A stretch of DNA of 64,000 nucleotides, taken from Nageia nagi (lineage: Eukaryota; Plantae; Pinophyta). A program made the position numbers and the translations under genes. Location: positions 202,554,001 through 202,618,000 of the forward strand of contig JBITNC010000001.1 of assembly GCA_050084985.1 (NCBI GenBank), in the 5' to 3' direction. The notes under the pieces are model-generated. The model saw only the letters and a list, made by a program, of their open reading frames with translations. It ran no database searches and was not told the DNA's origin. Shown here piece after piece: positions 54,925 to 64,000 of this stretch. Numbering within the stretch: the first letter of the stretch is position 1; each line of letters begins with the position of its first letter.

Positions 54925-56010
54925 TTGTTATTCTTTACATAGATGATATTGTCTTGTTAGCTAGACATATAATGATCTTACAAAACAATTAAATATCCTT
55001 CAAACATTTTGCAATGTATCCAACTTAGTAGTTAATGTAGATAAAACCAAAATTATGTTCATCAAATCTAAAATGGTGGCTTACCACCACAAAAAACAAA
55101 ATGGTAGCTCACCCCACAATCCTTGTTACTAATCAACCCTTAAAGATAGTCCACTCTTAAAAATACTCAGGTATTGACATAAATCATAAACTAAATTGGA
55201 ACTTAAGTGTTGAACAAAGAATCTTGATTAGGTGCAAAGTCTTCCATGGCCTGAAAAATAAGTGTAAAGATGTAAGACTTTGAAATTGGGATAAAAAGAA
55301 AACTCATTTCTCTTATCTTATAACTTCGATATTACTTTATGGCTATGAAGTTTGGGATGAAAGTATTTCCCCACAAACTTTGGAATAAAATTGAGCAAAT
55401 TCAAAAATAATTTATCCTTTATAACTTCAAAATTAAGAATAACATATCTTATACTTCTCATAGAATTTGGATTACTTCCTATTGAAAATGAAACCTTAAA
55501 ATAATATATATAATACAATTAAAAGATTTCAAAACTAAATCACCTTAGATTAGTTGTAGTCACCTAACAAACTTGCCCAACTCACCAACATCTTAAAAGA
55601 GGTTCGTTGAAAGACTAATAAATAGCTCAATTTTTGGGTTTGCACAACATAACCCCTTTTGAAAGTGACAAATTGGAAGTGCAAATTGCAAATAAAGTAA
55701 TTCAAAAATTTTGGAATGATGATCACATCAAAGATAAAAGAAAACTATGTTACTATAAAAATGTCATTAAATCAAAACTTGGCCATCTTTCATATCCACA
55801 TAAGATTATCAATTTCTGAACGAAACTTATAATTGCTAAATTAAAAACTAATTCACATGAATTTTATAATGAAACCGGTAGATGGACAATATCGAAAACA
55901 CATTGGGATAAAAGAATTTGTAAATTTTATAACCTAAATGCCATAGTTATTGAGACTTATTTTCTCTTTTTTCTTGTCCACTTTACAAAGGCATAACATA
56001 AACCTACAAA
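54925..56010 (+). mobile_element. 5'-truncated LINE remnant (RT C-half plus C-terminal Cys/His region; RTE/L2-like)
   Basis: ILYIDDIVLLA (YADD), LVVNVDKTKIM, KYSGI, LLYGYEVW and ETGRW..KRICKFYN..ETYFL..CPLY. Confidence 0.85.
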
Positions 56011-57945
56011 AGTATTTGTGATTACAACTTAAACCAGAAATTTTTAAATCAAGAAAATCAAAACAAGTTTGATGATTTTATTATACAACTTAATTGATAA
56101 ATTTTATTTTTTTCTTTTTCTTTTCTTATCTAGACAAATTTTTATAGATCTTACAAACTTTTGGATTTTAAAGGAAAATAAGTAGCTTATCTATCTATAA
56201 CCAAAACAAGTTCAAGTATTTTATTATATAATTATATGAGAAACAATCATTCAAATACTTAATTGTTGTATAAATTGACTACATACTAATGCCAAAATTA
56301 ATTATATGGTTGTATAAATAAATCTATTCTGTATATCTCCTAAACTTATACTTCTCGGCTGGTAAGAAGTTAAGAATTTTAACAAAAGAATACTGTTCAT
56401 GAAAATTTCTCAGTGTTGTTATCCAATTGACAAAAACAAGAACGTTCAGTTCGCATGTTATTCCCCTTCGTAGACTCGGAAAGTTATATTAACAGTAATT
56501 ATGTCAAAATTAAGATATATGAAAATCATTTTTAAAATTTTGAATGTCATCATCGGTTCAGTGGGTTGTATTCATCGTACCTAGTACGTTTTAAATGTTA
56601 TCTATCTATAATAATTTTAATATGAAAATGATTCTTGTAAATTGGAAGCTTGGGTGGGTTAAAATAGAAACGTATATTTTGCTCAATTTATACGCATCGA
56701 GGAGTGTGTTAGCTGATATCTTGAATCCAGTCTAAATGGAATTACACATACATTCATGCTCCGCGATGTATTTAGGTCAGGGACACCACTCGTGTATAAA
56801 GTTATAAGAGTCATAAGAAAGGCAGGGTATTAGGATTGAGAATGTGGTTCAAGGAATAGTGCAAGGTCAAAACGTCACTTGGTTGGGACAATTGTAATGC
56901 CATCTTTGATAAGGATTTAGACAATTCCGACGAGGGCAATGTAGTTTTAGTCATGGTGTCTTCATCCCCGCTGCAGTGACTATCTTTCATTCTCTGATGT
57001 TCTGTTTAATTCTTTGTCTTCTCAGTTTGATATCGATTAGTAGCGATATTACATGTGGATCGATCATATTTGCGCATAGTTATGGAAGGTTTATCTGTTT
57101 ATCTCGGACCCATTTTCCAACATCAGAAGTTTATGCTGTATATTGGTGAAATTTGGAGACTAGGATTTTGTCTCAAGAGTTCATTGGCTATAGATCCCTT
57201 AAAACAATTTGCCTGCATATAGCATGAAAAGTCACAGAATTCAATAAAGTCCTTGCTCAAATAACTACAAAATCTCACGAAAAGAGGGTTTTTGACTGCG
57301 TGGGCACATACTGGTGGCATACATGGTTAACCCTGTTTTGGGAAAGGAAACAACCAACATTATAGTACTGTTGTATCACCCTTTTTCTCATCCCTTCCAT
57401 TTTATAATACCACAACGCTGCATTTGCAACGGCTGTATTTCTGACAACATTCTCATTAAACCTAGTAATGGATAAATTGTGAAAAAATTACATTCAAGGA
57501 AAGCTTCGTATGCTGGAAATATTTTCTATATATATTTCAAAATAGTGTTTCATATAGAACTTCATCTAGCATCTGAATAAAATTTCATCTAGTATCTATT
57601 ATGATTAAAGCCAATATGCATCATCCTTCCATAATAAATGTTTTCTACACGACATGCTAACATGCTAACAATGACAAAAGCTAAATATCCTATTAAAATT
57701 ATCATGAGATCTAATCTGCAAGTTGTAGCTAAACTAATGAAAGATTGAACAGAAGAGTCGGTTCTTAATCAAAATAAATTGTTTATAGAAATTGCTTGCT
57801 TTAATGCATGATGTTACACATATATTTGGTTGTGTACAAAATTTAAATTAATATCAATGTTGTGTGAAAATATGTAATTTGATAAATACATGAATAAAGT
57901 TGATCTCACACTCTATAGAATTTACAACACAAGCATTAAAAATTG

Positions 57946-60900
57946 TGATAGGTCCTTTATTAAATCCAAATTCAAAAGTGATGTATTAGCTTAGAAATGA
58001 GACTAAATACATTATCAAACCACTCTACATATTCACCTTCCTTTATGATCCTTGAGATCCTCAAGAACTCTTCATATTCTTCAAGTTATGACTCCTAATA
58101 TTCGACTATTCTCATAGCTACAAATTTACTATAATTAGTAAATACTACTACTATGTTACAAATACAATAATCCCTAAAGATTAGATGTCTAACAATCCCC
58201 CTTAATCCGAAGGGATATTTGTAAATCCAAGCATCTTCCTGAACTTATCAAACTTTTCTCGTCTGAATGCCCTAGTGAAAATGTTTGCATGTTGCTCATC
58301 TGTGAAACAATATTTTACCTAAATTGTCTTGACCTCTACATGATGTCAAATCAAATGATACTTTGTGTTGATGTGCTTTGTTTGATCATGAAATTTAAGA
58401 TTTTTGACCGATTGAATTGTAGAAATATTATCAATTAGAAGTAGATAAACCCATTTTTTCTTCTAGTCTTCTTGTATCTTCTTGAGCACACAATCTCCTT
58501 TGTTGCCTCTACAACAACCACATACTCTTCTTCTATAGTGGAATTTGCTAGAACGGATTGCTTTCATGATCTCTAAGAGATAGTTGTTGATCCAAAACTT
58601 ATGACATCTTGAAGTTGATACTCCATCCTCTTCGACTCCATCAAAGTCTAAAATTGAATATCCAAGCAATTCGAAGTCTCCCACCTTAGAAAATTTGAGC
58701 CCTAATTCTTGTGTTTCTTTCAAATATCTGAGAACTCTTTTTGTTGCAATCCAATGCCAATTATATGGTTTTTGCATAAACTAAAAGAGAATTTCAACCA
58801 CAAATGAAATATATGGTCTAGTTGTGGTTAGATTAATGAGACTTCCTACAAGTTATCTATTTTTTTGTAGCATCTTCAAATGGATTCCCTTCAATAGATT
58901 CCAACTTCAAATTTTATTCCATTGGAGTAGAAAAAGGATTACAATCTACCATGCCAAATCTTTTCAACAACTCTCCAATGTACTTATTTGAGAAACGAAA
59001 ATGTACCTTGAATTGTGTCACTTCAACATCCAAGTAGTAATGAAGATGTCTCATATATGTCATTTCAAAACCTTTCTTCAAATCTTGTTTTACGAATGCA
59101 ATGTAACTCTCATTGTTCTCCACCATTAAAATATCTACATACACCATAAGATATACAACAATTTCGCTAACCCTCTTGAAAAATAAAGTTGCATTATCAA
59201 GATTAAAGTGTTCAAAATTAATCTTCAAGAGATGCTCAGTAAGCTTTTCATATCATGCGAGAGGAGCTTGTTTAAGGCCATACAAGGACTTGATGAGCTT
59301 GCATACCTTATGTTCTTGACCCTTCACTGCAAATCCTTCTAGTTGTTTCATATACACATTTTCTTTCAAATCACCATTCAAGAAAGCAAATTCACATCCA
59401 TCTGATGAACTTTCCACCCATACTGAATTAACATTACCAACAAAGAACGAATGGTAGCACACTTAGTTGTAGGAACAAAAGTCTCATCATAGTCAATACC
59501 TTTTTTCTATGCAAAACCCTTAGCCACAAGCCTCACTTTGTGTTTCTCATATGACTAGTGTGATTTGTACTTATTTTTGTAGACCCACTTGCAAACAATT
59601 GGTTTGGCTCCATGTGGAGGATTCACCAACTTCCAACTAATGAGAGCATCATACTCCTTCATGCCATCTTTCCAACCATCATGAGAAAAAGCTTCTTTAA
59701 ATGTTCACTCAACTAAGTAGAAAAATTCAATTCACAATCAAATGAACAATCCATACCATCATGAATATTACCTGAACATGACTCTTCTATTGCTCCATCT
59801 TCTAGTCTTTCTTCGTAGAAACTCCTAGTTCTTGTCTTTCCCTCTTCATCGGGATGAACACTTTCAAGTGTTTTGGAGAGCCACTTAAGAATTTTTTGTG
59901 ATGTTTATAGTTGTTCAATAGACCGAGGAGGTGTTACATTACTATCAAGGCCCAATATGCCAATCTCATCAATCACATCATCCAAAAGAACTTCTAAAAT
60001 TGACAAAAAGGAAGGAACTTGTTATGGAGGAGGTGTTTGTGCTATTGGAATAGGTTCTTCATGAACATGTAGAAGTGGTGTAGATTCCAAAGATTGATCC
60101 AATATAGGGATCCCCACCTCAAGATTTGGAATCTCATAATTTGATTCAAAGAAATGCTTTCCATGGGTAAACCTATCACGGTGATCAAATTGTCACTCTT
60201 GGAACATTCAAGAAAAATTACATCCTTTGCAAAGAGGAACTTCTTGTTTACCTTGTCATAAAGCTTATAGCCCTTGGTAGTATCTAAGTACCCCAAAAAA
60301 ATACATTTTTTCAACTCCTAGTAGCAAGTTTGTTTTTTGTTCCTTAGGGACTAAGGCATAACAAGCGGAACCAAAAATGTTAAGATGTCTAACCAAAAGA
60401 AAAAAATTAAACCACATTTCATATGGAGTCTTATTATCAAGAGCATGAGATAGGCATCTATTTATAACATATACTTGAACTGCATCACCCCAAAACATCA
60501 TTTTCACATTCTTGAAAAACAACATTGCTCAAATCATATTCAAAAGAGTTCTATTCATTCTCTTAGCTACATCATTCTGTTGTGGATTAAAAAGAACATT
60601 TGTTTGATGTTTGATTCCATGCTGACTATAATATTTTTTGAATTCATTTGATGTGTATTCATCCTCATTATAAGAACAAAGTGTGTTAATATGAGTGTGC
60701 TTCTTTCTCAATCATCACATGAAATTGCTTAAATTTTTCAAAACAATCAAATTTGTTCTTCAACAAATACACCCAACACACCCTAGTATAATCATCAATG
60801 AGACTCATGATATATTTGTTTCCAACACCAAAATCAATAAACAATGGTCCACACAAATCAGAGTGTATGAGTTATAATTTTCTACATGCTCTAAATGTAG

Positions 60901-62435
60901 AATCAATAGAAGGTTGTTTATTGTGTTTTCCTAAGACACATGCATCACAAGGTTCTACGTTCCTAGGAATACTGAGCAATCTCAGTTCACCTTTCTTTTT
61001 CAACAAATGAAAATCATCAAAATTAAGATGCTCAAATCTTGCATGGCACAAGAAACTAGATGAGAGAATACATTTTTCTTAATGAGTGGGATAGGCAAAA
61101 TTTCTTGATCTAGCAAAACTTCCATGCAACTTCAATAACTTTTCATCCTCTCCACCAGTCATCACCACTTTATTGTCAGAAAACATCCTTATCTCCACTT
61201 TGCCATTGAACATATGAATTGAATGATCTTGTTGATAAATGAGCGCAATAGATAATAGGTTCCTTCGCAATTCAAAAAGGTAGAGAACATCATAAAGAAG
61301 CATATTTGGAAGGCCTGATAATTTAAATCTCCCAGTACCAATACCAGGATACCCGAAGGTTTAATACTAAATCTGTCAGCAAAGTACATTGCACCATCAA
61401 TGTTTGTATTCATCTATTCAAAAAAATCTCTACGAAAGGACATGTGACATGTCGCACCAGTATCAATCAACCATGCATCTTCCCAAGATACAAATGAGGA
61501 ATTACACAATGTTTTAACTGTAGTGTTACATTGAACAATAACATAACAAGCGGAATAAGAGTTCTCTTTTCTTGCTCCCATTTTTCATTTTTCATTGATC
61601 TTCTCCCATGGAGTCTAACATGTAATAGCTTCATCCCCTTTTTTGTCACATTTTGTACAATGAAGGTTGTTCCTCTCTTCACGATCACCTTGATTATATC
61701 TTCCCCCATGCCTTCAAAATTCCTCTTGCCACGACCACAATTGTTACTTTTACCATGAGAAAAAATAAGCTACATTCTTCCCTTTTTGAGTAATACACAA
61801 TCTATTTGAAGTAGGATCGTTAGTCTTCTTTCCAAATGCCTTCTCATGTTTTGCAATTTTATCTACCAATGTATCAAATGTGAGAGATTTCAAATTACCA
61901 CAAGCTTGTAGGGATTCAAGATAGTTAGAATATGTGGGGTACGACGCCTTAATCAAGGCTACAAAAGCAATGTTAATCTTCACACCTCTGGAGTTTATGT
62001 CATACATGATTGCTCTAATTTCATAACTTAACGCCATGGGATCATTGTCTTTCAACTCTAGGTTGAAGAGCTTCAATTGTAATTGGATGAGTTCCAATTC
62101 AAAATAGGAGTCATACAAATCTTTCAATTTCTTCAATGCATTCCAAACACAATTAATAGAGCTAATGTGGTGGTTAACCTCTTCATTAACTGAAGTTGCA
62201 ATCAAAGCATAGGCCTTAATATTTTTCATATTTCAAACCGCAAGCTCTTTGGCATCAATCAATTTGGTAAGTTCGATGTCACCATAACAAATTCCAACCT
62301 AGAAATCATTGAAAATTAAGGTATGCTCTGATACCAATGACAAACCGTTCATTAACTCTAAGATCAAAAGTGTTGTATTAGCTTATAAATGAAACTAAAT
62401 ACATTATCAAATGACTTTACACATTCACTTTTCTA
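57946..62435 (-). mobile_element. Decayed Ty1/Copia retrotransposon with a truncated 5' LTR
   Basis: PBS TGGTATCAGAGC (62325-62336), gag, CTKCDKKGD..C knuckle, protease WLIDTGATCHM, CDACVLGK, INT (PQQNDVAKRMNRTL), RT ([14 protein letters not shown]) and RH (KHINTKYH). PPT at 58195-58205. 3' LTR 57946-58194 matches 62338-62435 only. Confidence 0.93.
62325..62336 (-). promoter_or_regulatory. tRNA-iMet primer-binding site
   Basis: GCTCTGATACCA on +, i.e. TGGTATCAGAGC on -. Confidence 0.9.
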
Positions 62436-63020
62436 GGTAACCTACAGCAAACCAATTTATAACCTGGCAACTGGTTTATCACATATGAAACAATGTGATT
62501 CAAGGAAACAATGAAATCAGTTATTCCACTAGAGAGAAATCTGGACTAGAAAAAATTGCTTGCAATCTTTTGAAACCACTATTTCTACAGAAAACATAAC
62601 AATATTTATATAACAATATTTTGAAGTTAATTAAAGTGGATTAAAGAGAACACTTAGATGAAGACACATTATATGATACATGCATGTGTTTATTTGTTGT
62701 GTAATAAACACCTTCAATGCTAACATGCTTGAAATGATCAAAATAAAAACTAACATGAGACATGGTTTTGATTCATTATACAACCACATCTGTAGCTAAT
62801 CTCGTCTTTCTTTCTGCACAGACCACCTCAATCTCAACCGTTCGAACCATCCCCAGAGGTTCAAACAAAGTATAGCATATAAAACCAAAAGAAACTGGAG
62901 ACTGGATTATAATAGGGTAAAATGGTCACAGAAAAGAAAGCTCTCTGAAACAGATAATTTTAGAAATAAATCTACTGAGAAAAAACACTTACAACTGCAA
63001 TATAATGACAAGTATTATCA

Positions 63021-64000
63021 CTAATGCATATTAACGGACTTCAATTGTTTGCAGTCCAAAAAATTAGAAGATCCATCCATAGTTCCAAAATCCAAAACAA
63101 TTACAGTTGTGTTATCCTGTGTCCGCAACATCTGTGCCTTACTCAAAATCAAGTTAGCTATTCTTTCTGCACGAGGGACCTTAGGCCCTTCACCTAAGAA
63201 TTTCCCCTCAATGACCTGCATATAAACACAAACTGTCTGGATAAGCGATAACGTAAAGACCACAAACGACATCTCTTATATTTGTGCCACTGATTTTTTT
63301 CGTAGGAGCATATAGCTTGACTGGGTGTGACCATGTATCCATTTTGTGCTTGAACCCCTCTCATTGACATTTGATTCATTCAACAAAGCAGCATTCCTTT
63401 CTTACAAGTTACGACTATTAAAGATTTTATACCACTTTTTAAGATAAGTAATCAAAACATACATAAAACAACAATTATCATATAGATTTATTCCTTCAAC
63501 AGTCAAAAATATATCATGCACAAGTCTTTTGTTTCATTGAACAAATTACCTCAATAGCCAGATGTAGTGCACTTCTAGGACTCAAGACATCCCAAAGGCC
63601 ATCACTACAGCACAAAAGCATGTAAAGAGAAACATGTTCTGTTAGAAATTAGAGGAAATGGTAAACAAATGAAAAAGTTTGTGTTTCAAAAAAAATAAGA
63701 GAGAATTCTTGACTAACCCACCTTGCTATCACCGCTAGGGCTTTACTTTTTTGTGTTATTCTCAAAACTTCACTAATATATGGTTCAGCAGAGAAACGAA
63801 CATCTTGCTCCTTGAGATATTTGTCACCAAGAACACGAGCTATGTTCATTCCTAACACACAAGAACAGCTACTTGGTATGTTATTAAAAACAAATCAAAT
63901 TTGCTCTATCCAATCAAAATTGATAATAAACAACAATTTTTTTTACCACATAGTCGTGTTTCCCCATCTCGCAACTGCTTGCCTATTTCCAGCATACGGG
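63021..64000 (-). CDS. KAPP: Kinase-associated protein phosphatase (PP2C), last four exons: 63947->64000, 63722-63851, 63550-63604, 63021-63215
   Basis: GT-AG junctions keep frame. Spliced peptide LRDGETRLCGMNIARVLGDKYLKEQDVRFSAEPYISE..IASDGLWDVLSP..AERIANLILSKAQMLRTQDNTTVIVLDF matches the KAPP C-terminus as I recall it, with PP2C motifs SDGLWD and DN intact. Confidence 0.9.

Noticed and set aside
57600-57800. Patchy similarity to 62640-62800 (ATGCTAACATGCT, TGTAGCTAA)
   Set aside because: Matches are short and not clearly collinear; could be chance.
63649-63858. ORF-track starts and ends for KAPP pieces (also 63021-63272 and 63194-63379)
   Set aside because: They run into introns; the real exon limits are set by GT-AG junctions.

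Overview
AT-rich, strongly CpG/CHG-depleted plant nuclear DNA. The TE families look gymnosperm-like (inference). The window is almost entirely nested, decayed transposons plus the last four exons of an intact KAPP-type PP2C gene on the minus strand (63021-64000). Left to right: (1) 3' part of a non-autonomous Copia-derived LTR element with a long acidic ORF (1-3194). (2) The 3' region of a Tat/Ogre-type Gypsy element whose antisense plant-mobile-domain (PMD) gene is split by a ~23.1-kb Mutator-like element (4426-27572; ~560-bp TIRs, perfect 9-bp TSD ATAAATTAG). (3) That MULE carries a SWIM-type MULE transposase pseudogene, a decayed cysteine-protease-like domain matching the C-terminus of plant NT-C2/F26K24.5-like proteins, a tandem PPR-motif array and a double Tnp1/En-Spm-domain gene. 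(4) A nested 7.9-kb two-gene hAT element inside the MULE (14561-22435; 8-bp TSD). (5) Degenerate telomere-like arrays, a truncated Tat pol, a two-LTR Tat element (42630-50638), a SINE-like and a LINE remnant, and a decayed Copia (57946-62435) just downstream of KAPP. All translations and alignments were done by eye, and family assignments are from remembered motifs, not database searches.
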